Assembly: GCA_950097015.1 (NCBI GenBank)
Contig: CATNEN010000025.1
Location: forward strand, 124,001 to 188,000
Direction of reading: 5' to 3'
Source of the DNA: Macrostomum hystrix
Lineage: Eukaryota; Animalia; Platyhelminthes
DNA: 64,000 bases
Part shown: one piece after another, positions 33,801 to 45,624 of the stretch
Layout of the letters: the number at the start of each line of letters is the position of its first letter
Numbering within the stretch: position 1 is the stretch's first letter
Translations under genes and position numbers: made by a program
Notes under the pieces: model-generated
What the model saw: only the letters and a program-made list of their open reading frames with translations
Told to the model about the DNA's origin: nothing
Database searches by the model: none

Positions 33801-34901
33801 TGGAATTATTCGAAAGCTCATTGTACCGCAATCTTTCTCAGATGCTAGTCTAGACTTACCTGTATCCATGCACTTCTCCAGCTCCAGAGACTTGATCACA
33901 TCGTCGATTCGCGCCCTTCGTTCCTTCTCCGTCATGGAGTCTGGCAGCTTCACTCGGGCTGCAAACTTCGGAGTGAAAATAAATGCGGCTTAAGAAACTA
34001 CACAGACTGCTATTAGTAGACAGAAACTAAAAATATTAAATAATAAGTGTAAGCTTTTGAAGTTTGCTTTGTCTTTATTTCCACCCATCCATTGTTAGAG
34101 AGAAATGCCTTGGTCAGTGAGCAAGTGCATAGCTTTTTATAAGCAATTCGAGTGACGACGTTGGTTTAAATCCTGAATGATCACGCGCATGTCTGTCTCT
34201 TCGCACTTTAAATCTTCAGTCCAGCTCTAACCGACCTTTCAGTACCCTGTGGCTTCGTGTCTAAATAAATCTCTAAGCATTTCAAACCAACTTGGTTTGG
34301 TCTGTCAAGATCTGTCAAGTGCTTGTGTACATCTGCTAGTGTCTTCAACCGCGGATCGCCTTTGAAAGGCTTGACAGGACAAAATCCACCCGTGAGAGTA
34401 TAGTCTAGTGCCTCACCTGTATAGTCTGTCTCAGAGTGAGAATAGGAAAGAATACGTCCATCTGAGTCACATAGCCGAAGGATTTTCGCATTCGCGGTGA
34501 CACCGACTTGCCACCCACCGTGATACTGCCAGACTTCAGAGGCATCCGTCCGGACACCGTGTTCATGAATGTGGTCTTTCCACTGCCTGAGGGCGTCAGG
34601 ATACAATTAATACGAGTTACATACGTTTTGGCCTCTGGTTTTATTTCTTAGCAAAATTCTACGTTTAGTGTTGAGAATATTTTGTGTTCACTGAAAAGCT
34701 GTCCTTACCGCTGGGCCCCATGACTGCTAGCAGGCTGCCGCTCTTGGCGATGACGCTGACGTCGTGGAGGATTTGCTTCTCTCCGGCGAACACGCAGAGC
34801 CGGTCGGCAACCAGCGTAAGACGCTTTCTGCCTCCGTTGGCCTTCCCGTTGGGCTCCGACAGGATCTCCACAGAGTTGTGGTGATCGATTTCGACAGGCA
34901 T
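30830..34901 (-). CDS. ABCG-family half transporter (about 680 aa), intact
   Basis: Exons 34901-34709, 34586-34417, 33965-33860, 33746-33390, 33227-32707, 32604-32547, 32450-32236, 32150-32060, 31235-31118 and 31043-30830 join in frame. Walker A GPSGSGKTT, signature LSGGEKKR, Walker B LLLDEPTSGLD, IHQPSS, NPADF, ERRAGMYQIGAYYVAK, C-terminal TM helices. Confidence 0.95.
31337..31545. mobile_element. Partial copy (one end) of the 23378-24081 TIR element (ABCG intron)
   Basis: GGACCACTAGGAGTAGAAGG...CTACGTTTCTTAGAAAAA, and CCTAACATGTTGCTCC matching the reverse complement of 23885-24080. Confidence 0.65.
31565..31830 (-). mobile_element. SINE family 2 (ABCG intron)
   Basis: Reverse complement of head and body of the 24705 copy. 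Confidence 0.8.
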
Positions 34902-36124
34902 GCCTGAATTCTGGCCTTCGAAGTTATTTTTCAGCTTTAATAAAATGAATAAAGCAGCTGATTATTCTGTCGCACCGAGCTGACCACAGAACAACTGTCG
35001 CCGCTGCGATCTGTCCTTTAATATACTGTTCTCTCCCCAACACCCCTGCGACCCAAAGCCTCCATTATGCACTTTACTACTTACCGCAACAGCTGAATGT
35101 ACACTGGGGCAGGAATGTAATTGGCTGTGGTGAGTGGCTCCCCTCTCTCTCTTATTCTCGTGTGTGCCTCGCCCTCTATAATGTGTATTCTGTCGATGTC
35201 TCCTTGCGCATCTCACAGCGCTGTGAGTGACATTTCAAATCAATGTCAACTCACAATAGGAAAATCAACACACTCGAGTAACGCATGCTGTGCGTTGGTC
35301 TTTCGCACCCAATGGCTGCACACGCGACAATGAGGCTTAGAGGAGAGAGATGCTATAACACTTTGGTCTGGCAACCTTTCCTGTTCTCAATGCGAGCTAT
35401 GAGCTGTTTTAGCTAATAATAGTCTTTTGATTTTCGGCCCCTCAAAGAAGTTACACATGAAGGCTAGTGGAATCCAGTTGCAGCTGAGACTGCTTCCATA
35501 TTTCCATATGACATTGTGTGAGACGTTACTGTGTTTTCTTTTTATTCGCCGAAAGCAAGTTTACCAATCGGCTACACCCGTATGCTTGAGCAGTGGCTTA
35601 CTGTGTTCGGCATTCTGTGTATTATTTGGTCCTAAATTTGCAGCACTGCGTGCAATTATTATTGTTTAAGAAGAGCAATGAGAACTTGAATTAATCTAGC
35701 CTGCGCTTGTCATGTAGCGCGGTATCAACTGTAGGAATTAATCATTTAGCAGCCAGGTAGCTAGATTTAAGATTAAATATTAGAGGCGCATGATCAGGTT
35801 GTGAAAGTTGCAGTAAAAGTCGTTTAGATTCGAAAGCAAAGTACTATCATTGATTTGATTTGTTTGAGGAAAAACATTTGGAATATAAAATAAAGTAATT
35901 TTAAGTAAAAAACTGCAATGCTGCCGTGCTTTCCAAAAATCAGAACGTCAATAATTGCTACGGGCGATATAAGAAAAACTGCCTGTAACAGCATAAACAT
36001 TAGATTAGATTTCCACAAGGTGAGCACTCACCTGTATATTACCATGAAAACAAGCCAACTTAATCTCTTGTTAGTCATATATTTATATGAACAGAATAAA
36101 CCTTCAACATTATTTAGGATCTTA

Positions 36125-36135
36125 GATAGATAGAT

Positions 36136-36175
<40 letters not shown>

Positions 36176-36210
36176 TATTGAGATAGATAGATAGATAGGT
36201 AGATAGATAA

Positions 36211-36282
<72 letters not shown>

Positions 36283-36300
36283 TTAGATAGATAGATAGAT
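36125..36300. repeat. (GATA)n microsatellite
   Basis: Directly visible. Confidence 0.98.
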
Positions 36301-37957
36301 AGAACAGCAGTCAGAATCGAAGCAAGAACAACAGTCAGAATCGAAGCAAGAACAGCAGTCAGAATCGAAGCAAGAACAGCAGTCAGAATCGAAGCAAGAA
36401 CAGCAGTCAGAATCGAAGCAAGAACAGCAGTCAGAATCGAAGCAAGAACAGCAGTCAGAACCGAAGCAAGAACAACAGTCAGAATCGAAGCAAGAACAGC
36501 AGTCAGAATCGAAGCAAGAACAGCAGTCAGAATCGAAGCAAGAACAGCAGTCAGAATCGAAGCAAGAACAGAAGTCAGAATCGAAGCAAGAACAGCAGTC
36601 AGAACCGAAGCAAGAACAACAGTCAGAATCGAAGCAAGAACAGCAGTCAGAATCGAAGCAAGAACAGCAGTCAGAATCGAAGCAAGAACAGAAGTCAGAA
36701 TCGAAGCAAGAACAGCAGTCAGAACCGAAGCAAGAACAACAGTCAGAATCGAAGCAAGAACAGCAGTCAGAATCGAAGCAAGAACAGCAGTCAGAATCGA
36801 AGCAAGAACAGCAGTCAGAATCGAAGCAAGAACAGCAGTCAGAACCGAAGCAAGAACAACAGTCAGAATCGAAGCAAGAACAGCAGTCAGAATCGAAGCA
36901 AGAACAGCAGTCAGAATCGAAGCAAGAACAGCAGTCAGAATCGAAGCAAGAACAGAAGTCAGAATCGAAGCAAGAACAGCAGTCAGAACCGAAGCAAGAA
37001 CAACAGTCAGAATCGAAGCAAGAACAGCAGTCAGAATCGAAGCAAGAACAGCAGTCAGAATCGAAGCAAGAACAGAAGTCAGAATCGAAGCAAGAACAGC
37101 AGTCAGAACCGAAGCAAGAACAACAGTCAGAATCGAAGCAAGAACAGCAGTCAGAATCGAAGCTAGAACAGCAGTCAGAATCGAAGCAAGAACAGCAGTC
37201 AGAATCGAAGCAAGAACAGAAGTCAGAATCGAAGCTAGAACAGCAGTCAGAATCGAAGCAAGAACAGCAGTCAGAATCGAAGCAAGAACAGCAGTCAGAA
37301 TTGAAGCAAGAACAGCAGTCAGAATTGAAGCAAGAACAGCAGTCAGAATCGAAGCAAGAACAGCAGTCAGAATCGAAGCAAGAACAGCAGTCAGAATCGA
37401 AGCAAGAACAGAAGTCAGAATCGAAGCTAGAACAGCAGTCAGAATCGAAGCAAGAACAGCAGTCAGAATCGAAGCAAGAACAGAAGTCAGAATCGAAGCT
37501 AGAACAGCAGTCAGAATCGAAGCAAGAACAGCAGTCAGAATCGAAGCAAGAACAGCAGTCAGAATCGAAGCAAGAACAGAAGTCAGAATCGAAGCTAGAA
37601 CAGCAGTCAGAATCGAAGCAAGAACAGCAGTCAGAATCGAAGCAAGAACAGCAGTCAGAATCGAAGCAAGAACAACAGTCAGAATCGAAGCAAGAACAGC
37701 AGTCAGAATCGAAGCTAGAACAGCAGTCAGAATCGAAGCAAGAACAGCAGTCAGAATCGAAGCAAGAACAGCAGTCAGAATCGAAGCAAGAACAGCAGTC
37801 AGAATCGAAGCAAGAACAGCAGTCAGAATCGAAGCAAGAACAGCAGTCAGAATCGAAGCAAGAACAGCAGTCAGAATCGAAGCAAGAACAACAGTCAGAA
37901 TCGAAGCAAGAACAGCAGTCAGAATCGAAGCAAGAACAGCAGTCAGAACCGAAGCAA
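36301..37957. repeat. 24-bp satellite (AGAACAGCAGTCAGAATCGAAGCA)n, about 69 units, with higher-order structure
   Basis: Directly visible; the variant CCG unit recurs at 36461, 36605, 36725, 36845, 36989 and 37109. Confidence 0.98.
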
Positions 37958-38477
37958 TAATAAAACCGACTGGGATTCGATGCAGGAACAGAAATATTTT
38001 AAATGAGTTTTGCAGCTGAATAAGGCTAACAATGGTAAAAAGCCAATGTCAAACCCAAACCCAATGGCCTTTTTTGCTTAGTTTAGCAGCATGTGGTAAG
38101 CAATAGTTGGCCTGCATAGTGCTTTGTGTCAGTCTAGTTAATTTACCAAGAAGGTTCGTTTGCATAATGCAGAATTTTCAATTTTTGCTACAGGTGAATT
38201 GCTAAGTATTTATGCATTTTTTCACGTATCATTATAAAACTGCTTCTTCGCTGGGTCACCAACCAAAAAATTATTAAGAAGCTCTTTTGAAAGCCTGACT
38301 AAAACTTCCGTTAGACTTCCGTTAAACTCACAAAAAATGCAAAATAATTTCCCAGACAGACTACTTTAAGTATTGAAAAAATGCAATTCGAAAATAGTAG
38401 TTTTTGTCATTTTAAGTTTTATTTAACTGCATAAAAAGAAATTTAGTTTATTTCTATGCATCAAATTTAAAGGTTGC

Positions 38478-38745
38478 AGCTCTGTGGTTAGAGCGTCGGA
38501 CTCACGACTGAAAGGTCGGGGGTTCGATTCCCGACTCCACTAAACTCTAAACACTAAACTCTGCATTGCTTCAGTTCAGTGCGTACCAGCACGTAGATGT
38601 AAATAGGTACCAGCATTGGCTGGGGTAATTGAGAGTGGGTGTAGCGTCCCCCCAGTCCATGGACTGAACAGCTGGGCAGCCTTCAGATGCGCCGGGCAAT
38701 AGCTGAGGCTGTACTGTCGGCTTCACATCTGGCGCAATTGGGTTC
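38478..38745 (+). mobile_element. SINE family 1, near full length
   Basis: A box TGGTTAGAGCG, B box GGTTCGATTCC, body CAGTCCATGGACTGAACAGCTG...CTTCAGATGCGCC...CACATCTGG. Confidence 0.85.
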
Positions 38746-39864
38746 AAAGGATCAAAGCCAGGATCCACAACTTACAAACAGGTGCAAAAGTTAGAACCTG
38801 TAAAATACGACGTGACTGTATTGAAATACAATTATTGTTCTTTACTATTTTTGCGAGTTTCATGAATAGCTTTATTAGCAGCACGCACCGACTAATGGTG
38901 CGTGTTAGTTACAAAAACTAATTAAAAAACATGACGTCACCATTTAAAAAGTACTCTACACATTAATTTTAAAAGTACATCACGTGGCCAGCTGATAATT
39001 ACGTCACACGACCAGCTTAAAAGTACATCACTTGACTTGCTTTAAAGTTCGTCACGTGACTATTTAAAAAAATAAAATAATGTGACCAATTAAAAATCAC
39101 ACAAGATCTATCCTAAAAAGTCCACACGCTAACTATGCTACCGCGAGAACTCAAACAAAATGCTGTAATAGTCACATCCTGAGAAAAAGCGAAAAACCAT
39201 CAATTGATCTTTGCAAAACTGCATGCTGTGCAATCAATAATTGCTTTCTAGAGGCTTCAATTTGAGTTAATTACCTGATATAACTTTAAGTTCAATGGGT
39301 ACAAAGATGGCTCGAGTTAGCAATTGTTTTTTTCTTCTCTCGCAGAAATCAAATCTCTTTTTCCAGCAGGCCTGGTAGGTGGGGTAGGTGGGAGGGCACA
39401 GTTTTAACAAGCAAAAACTGAAGCAGGCGCACGAACCGAGTTTTTTGACGGAAGCAAACGAATTCCCTGCCACGCTAGGCAGGTGACAAAGCAGCACTTT
39501 AGACAAGCTCTGCATGTCTTAATGGACTATACTTGTCCTTGTTGTGCGCAAAATTTGGTACAAATCTAACCATTTAGCTTCTGCATAGGCTTACTTACTT
39601 GCTAAATACATGTTCAAAACGTATTAACGCTGTTATCAGTTGCATACTACACTAGAATGTACTAGATGTACAGCCATTGGCTATTGTGCTGTACTTTCAA
39701 AGGCTGTGTACAACTGTTCAGTCCGTGGACTGCGGAGTCTGTCACAAGCAGCTAAATTTCTACCCGAACTGATGCACTATAGGGAATTCAGTGTCTTGCT
39801 TTTTCTGAAGCTGAGACTCGAACCCACGACTCGAAGCTCCCTCCCTTACGCCTGCCCCAAGTAA

Positions 39865-40325
39865 GCCATATGTGCGGCTGTTCAGTCCATGGACTGGGGG
39901 ACGCCCCACCCACCCTCAATTATACCAGCTAAAGCTGGTACCCATTAAACAGTAGACCATGGGGGTATTTCGAATGGCCATATTTTTTCATTTTTCTGTA
40001 AATTTTTCCGCAATGAAAATTCAGAACACGGGCTTAAATTTTCTGCTCTATCCGATTAAGCAACTATCAGAATCACAAGTCATCGGCATCGTCGAGATAT
40101 TCAACGGTTCTCGTCGTGGTGTCTGATGGCAAAAACCACCACGATAATCGTTCATTTGGTTTGGGAGTTATCGTGAAGTAGGCAGTGGGTATTTGAAATA
40201 TCCCCGTGGTCTTAGCGTGGTCTTTCTACTGTTAACAGCCAAGTGAAGTGAATCAACGCAGAGTTTAGTGTCCTGCGAATGGACAAAAATTATTTCAGTA
40301 GATTCGGGAATCGAACCCTGAAGTC
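39865..40325 (-). mobile_element. SINE family 1 copy split by a MITE insertion
   Basis: 39865-39948 and 40233-40325 together reconstruct the SINE collinearly with the 53055 copy. Confidence 0.75.
39949..40232. mobile_element. 284-bp MITE with TAA target duplication (PIF/Harbinger-like by TSD)
   Basis: Termini ACAGTAG...CTACTGT, inner inverted repeat AGACCATGGGGGTATTTC / GAAATATCCCCGTGGTCT, flanked by TAA on both sides (39946-48 and 40233-35). Confidence 0.7.
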
Positions 40326-41199
40326 CCGTCTGCAGCAACACTGAAGGTGCAGAGTGACTGCAGCTCCGAAGGCGGCGAACAGCGGTTTCAAGACGTCTCG
40401 AAGAAGTTTTAGAGGCGCACCAGCAAAATCGTCGTTAAAGATGTGCTCACCAACTACTCCAAGAAAATCCGATTATGCGGTCCTTCCTATCCTCATCCCA
40501 TTTCAGTTGGGGATTATCCACTTTCTCGCCATCCCAAATTCTAATCTTGTCCGAGGATTAGTCCAGAACTCGCGGGAAGCCTGTTGCTTAGCCTTACCTG
40601 CTGCCAGGCGGCCAAATTCCTCAGCTGCTGAGATTGCTTTCACTGGGGGCTGCAAGTGCAGTTGCTAATCCTAGTCAGTCTTCTTCTAGTCTCTGCCGCT
40701 GCTGCTGCTGCCGCTGCTGCTGGATTCGCCGCACACTTTTGTCTAATAAATAATTCGTCAGGCTCAGTGCAAGCGGTCCTAAATAAATAATGGGATTTGC
40801 ACTTTGCAGCCCGTGAGAAGATGAAAATCAGGGGCACTCACACGGGTGAGTGCAAGTTTTCAGGGTAGGGGATGCTTAGGTCCATTTCCAGTAGAGAGAA
40901 CGGGCGGTTTAGACTCGCTTCTTTGAGCAATGGCAGCAAGTTCTGTCTGTGCTGTTGGATTAAGGATTTAGGCAAGAGAAGATATTGCGCGTGTTTGATC
41001 CCCGACACCGCTGTCATATCTTTTATGGGAGTGAACGGTCTCTTGTTGGACAGTAATCAGCTTATCGATTGACAGATGGAAGTCCAGGCAGGCCACGGCT
41101 CCCAATTCTGAATTATTCACTCAAATCTGAGCTCAAGTGTGCGCCCTCATTCGCTCCTCTTGAGCACAGTCTCACTTATGCATCTCTCTAATCCTGTCC

Positions 41200-43375
41200 C
41201 TCCTGCATCTGTCCCTTGCTCAACCTGCATCTGTCCCTTGCTCCCCCCTGCATCTGTCCCTTGCTCTCAAAGCATCTGTCCCTTGCTCTCAAAGCATCTG
41301 TCCCTTGCTCTCCCTGCATCTGTCCCTTGCTCAACCTGCATCTGTCCCTTGCTCTCCCTGCATCTGTCCCTTGCTCTCAAAGCATCTGTCCCTTGCTCTC
41401 AAAGCATCTGTCCCTTGCTCTCAAAGCATCTGTCCCTTGCTCTCAAAGCATCTGTCCCTTGCTCTCCCTGCATCTGTCCCTTGCTCTCAAAGCATCTGTC
41501 CCCTGCTCTCAAAGCATCTGTCCCTTGCTCTCAAAGCATCTGTCCCTTGCTCTCAACCTGCATCTGTCCCTTGCTCTCCCTGCATCTGTCCCTTGCTCTC
41601 CCTGCATCTGTCCCTTGCTCTCAAAGCATCTGTCCCTTGCTCAACCTGCATCTGTCCCTTGCTCAACCTGCATCTGTCCCTTGCTCTCCCTGCATCTGTC
41701 CCTTGCTCTCAAAGCATCTGTCCCTTGCTCTCAAAGCATCTGTTCCTTGCTCTCAAAGCATCTGTCCCTTGCTCTCCCTGCATCTGTCCCTTGCTCTCAA
41801 CCTGCATCTGTCCCTTGCTCTCTCAAAGCATCTGTCCCTTGCTCTCAAAGCATCTGTCCCTTGCTCTCAACCTGCATCTGTCCCTTGCTCTCCCTGCATC
41901 TGTCCCTTGCTCTCAAAGCATCTGTCCCTTGCTCAACCTGCATCTGTCCTTTGCTCTCCCTGCATCTGTCCCTTGCTCTCCCTGCATCTGTCCCTTGCTC
42001 AACCTGCATCTGTCCCTTGCTCTCCCTGCATCTGTCCCTTGCTCTCAAAGCATCTGTCCCTTGCTCTCAAAGCATCTGTCCCTTGCTCTCAAAGCATCTG
42101 TCCCTTGCTCTCAAAGCATCTGTCCCTTGCTCTCAAAGCATCTGTCCCTTGCTCTCAAAGCATCTGTCCCTTGCTCTCAACCTGCATCTGTCCCTTGCTC
42201 TCCCTGCATCTGTCCCTTGCTCTCAAAGCATCTGTCCCTTGCTCTCAAAGCATCTGTCCCTTGCTCAACCTGCATCAGTCCCTTGCTCTCAAAGCATCTG
42301 TCCCTTGCTCAACCTGCATCAGTCCCTTGCTCTCCCTGCATCTGTCCCTTGCTCTCCCTGCATCTGTCCCTTGCTCTCCCTGCATCTGTCCCTTGCTCTC
42401 CCTGCATCTGTCCCTTGCTCTCAAAGCATCTGTCCCTTGCTCTCAAAGCATCTGTCCCTTGCTCTCAAAGCATCTGTCCCTTGCTCTCTCAAAGCATCTG
42501 TCCCTTGCTCTCAAAGCATCTGTCCCTTGCTCTCAAAGCATCTGTCCCTTGCTCTCAACCTGCATCTGTCCCTTGCTCTCAAAGCATCTGTCCCTTGCTC
42601 TCAAAGCATCTGTCCCTTGCTCAACCTGCATCTGTCCCTTGCTCTCCCTGCATCTGTCCCTTGCTCTCCCTGCATCTGTCCCTTGCTCAACCTGCATCTG
42701 TCCCTTGCTCTCCCTGCATCTGTCCCTTGCTCAACCTGCATCTGTCCCTTGCTCTCCCTGCATCTGTCCCTTGCTCTCAAAGCATCTGTCCCTTGCTCTC
42801 AAAGCATCTGTCCCTTGCTCTCAAAGCATCTGTCCCTTGCTCTCTCAAAGCATCTGTCCCTTGCTCTCAAAGCATCTGTCCCTTGCTCTCAAAGCATCTG
42901 TCCCTTGCTCTCAAAGCATCTGTCCCTTGCTCTCAAAGCATCTGTCCCTTGCTCTCAACCTGCATCTGTCCCTTGCTCTCCCTGCATCTGTCCCTTGCTC
43001 TCCCTGCATCTGTCCCTTGCTCTCAAAGCATCTGTCCCTTGCTCTCAACCTGCATCTGTCCCTTGCTCTCCCTGCATCTGTCCCTTGCTCTCCCTGCATC
43101 TGTCCCTTGCTCTCAAAGCATCTGTCCCTTGCTCAACCTGCATCTGTCCCTTGCTCTCCCTGCATCTGTCCCTTGCTCTCCCTGCATCTGTCCCTTGCTC
43201 TCAAAGCATCTGTCCCTTGCTCTCAAAGCATCTGTCCCTTGCTCTCAAAGCATCTGTCCCTTGCTCTCCCTGCATCTGTCCCTTGCTCTCAACCTGCATC
43301 TGTCCCTTGCTCTCCCTGCATCTGTCACTTGCTCAACCTACATCTGTCCCTTGCTCTCCCTACATCTGTCCCTCC
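41200..43375. repeat. 22-bp satellite (..GCATCTGTCCCTTGCTC..)n with three interspersed unit variants, about 100 units
   Basis: Variants TCAAA-GCATC, TCCCT-GCATC and AACCT-GCATC are directly visible; this array explains the three 700-aa ORFs. Confidence 0.98.
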
Positions 43376-43994
43376 CACCCTCTATAGTCATTTGGTCTCC
43401 CCTATGTTACACTTTGCTATAAAATCTTGAGCATAATTATTTAAATCGCCCATGATGACTCGGTCGCGGCACTTTTTTCTCGCAGCCTTGTTTATCATTA
43501 TTATCACTGACATCGTTGACAAAATCCGCTTCAATAAAATATTTTCTATCAAAAGGATAAAACAAAGTTAATACTTGAGACTGTCAGAAGGCTTTTGAGA
43601 TGCGAAATCCGCTCCTTCAAAGACAGCCCAGGCTTCCTCTTTAGCTTCCTTTCAAGTCATTTCATTCATAATCCCTTCAAGCCACCGCGAATCCCATTAT
43701 TTCATCTGAGAAGCTGAGCCTACGCACGAGGGGCCCCATCCCACACTCGGTTTATATTCCTCAGCTTCCAAGTTTCCAGCCTCCCAGAGTCTGAGAGGAG
43801 AAATGGGAGAATTATTGGGGATAAATTGCAAGCTCGCATAGTTCATATTTTGGGATCTGATCCACTCAAAACCTCCCATATTTTTCACGTTATCTTTCGT
43901 ACTCATACCGAGCTCAAATTTCTACTCAGGACTAGACTATTACTTAGAAGGAAATAGCGAAAGTTTAGTATCTTCCACGCTAGTTGAAAAATAA

Positions 43995-44240
43995 TTAGAC
44001 AACACCCAGCCAGTGGCAGAGCTGCAGCTACAGCATTGCGTTTCTGAAGGCTCTGCACAGCTGTTCAGTCCATGGACTGGGGAGCTGCCAGACACCCAGA
44101 CACCAGCACTGCCCCAGCTGGTGCTGGGACTCACTTTGAAGCTTGGTGAACCGTACAACTTCGGAGTTAGGTATCTTGCCCAAGGACAGAAATGATTTTC
44201 CCTTAGCTGAGAATCGAACTCCGGACCTGTCTAAACCAAT
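43995..44240 (-). mobile_element. SINE family 1, divergent copy
   Basis: CTGAAGGCT..CACAGCTGTTCAGTCCATGGACTGGGG...GAGAATCGAACTCCGGACC. Confidence 0.7.
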
Positions 44241-44989
44241 GGGCAATAAACTATGTACAGATCTGACCAAACTGCTAAACACTGTGCTCACCGTCACCGC
44301 CATTGAGTCTCCTTGTCTAGTTTCCATCGTATCAATGTCTCCCTGTTCCCTCAGCTGTATCTATCTATACTCCTAGCCCTGCCATTGGCTAAGGCCGTGG
44401 CCGGCTCTCAGCCAATCAGCGAAGCGCAATCGATGAATTGACGACTGGAGGCTGAGGGAACGGGCCTGAGACCGCCCGAGTTGATCAGGTTTCTGGGAAA
44501 TAAATATCAGGTAGACAGAAGGAATTGGATTGCTGAGTGAGCAGGAGAAGATAAAATAGACGAGTCATCATCTTCTAGCGAGCAAAACAATAGCGCTTAG
44601 AAATTTTATGATTTTTATTCCCACTGGTGTTTATTAAAGTGCTTTTTCTACGACTCTACCGAGAAATTCATGTAAATAGAAATTTATTCAGTTGTTTTTT
44701 GCACTTTTGCGATTGTCTAGTTTCTAAATGGCCCACCCAATTCGGTAAATTTTCCGATCGTTCTGTTTCTTTCTATTCAGCCTCAGCTGCCTCCAGCGCG
44801 TGCCCAGACTGCTAATGCATTGAATGGACGAGAGTCCGTACTACAGAGATATCGACCACCGAACCGCCAGGGGTCCTCGGCGCTCATTCTCCAGGTGAGC
44901 TTCGCAACCAGGGCTGCTTTCTACACAATATTCAACCATAGGTGGACTTGTTAACTATAGGGTTGATAGCCTTGATACTGTGATTCATC

Positions 44990-45620
44990 GACTTAATGAG
45001 ATAGAGATTGATAGACTTGATATAGAGATTGATAGATTTGATGATTAAGAGATTGATAAATTTGATAAGATAGAGATTGATAGACTTGATAAGATAGAGA
45101 TTGATAGACTTGATAATATAGAGTTTGATAGATTTGATGATAAAGAAATTGATAGACTTGATAATATAGAGATTGATAGACTTGATACTGTGATTCATCG
45201 ACTCGATGGGATAGAGATAGATAGACTTGATGATAAAGAGATTGATAGACTTGATCATATAGAGATTGATAGATTTGATGATAAAGAGATTGATAGACTT
45301 GATCATATAGAGATTGATCGACTTGATTATAAAGAGAGAGATCGTTTTGATGATATACAGATTGATGGATTTAATGATACAGAGATTGATACAAAATACT
45401 GATAGACATGCTGACGCAGAGATTAATAGGAATGCTGATATGGAGATTGATACTCGTAGTCTCGTAGATACGTTGATTGATAGTCCCGTAGATACGTTGA
45501 TTGATAGTCCCGTAGATACGTTGATTGATAGTCCCGTAGATACGTTGATTGATAGTCCCGTAGATACGTTGATTGATAGTCCCGTAGATACAGAAATTGA
45601 CTATCTCATAGATACAGAGA
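44990..45620. repeat. Degenerate 24-bp arrays (GAGATTGATAGACTTGAT..) and (GATAGTCCCGTAGATACGTTGATT)n
   Basis: Directly visible; they grade into the 26-bp satellite. Confidence 0.85.
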
Positions 45621-45624
45621 ATGA

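Noticed and set aside
33966-34708. Apparent absence of the ABCG Walker A exon, with a foreign 132-aa ORF (34208..34606) in its place
   Set aside because: The exon is present at 34586-34417 in another frame (GSGKTTFMNTVSGR...LTLRQTIQ) with proper AG/GT ends. The listed ORF is its off-frame shadow.
38478-38545. SINE heads as additional tRNA genes (also 1200, 27330, 53260)
   Set aside because: A/B boxes are present but there is no acceptor stem or terminator, and they continue into a shared repeat body.
40350-41110. Possible minus-strand exons (e.g. 40596-40650 and 40847-41000)
   Set aside because: Some AG/GT boundaries exist, but the frames do not join into a recognisable protein and one candidate is broken by a frameshift or stop; insufficient support.
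41139-43430. Three overlapping 700-760-aa Cys/Leu/Ser-rich ORFs
   Set aside because: They are translations of a stop-free 22-bp satellite in all three frames, with no gene context.
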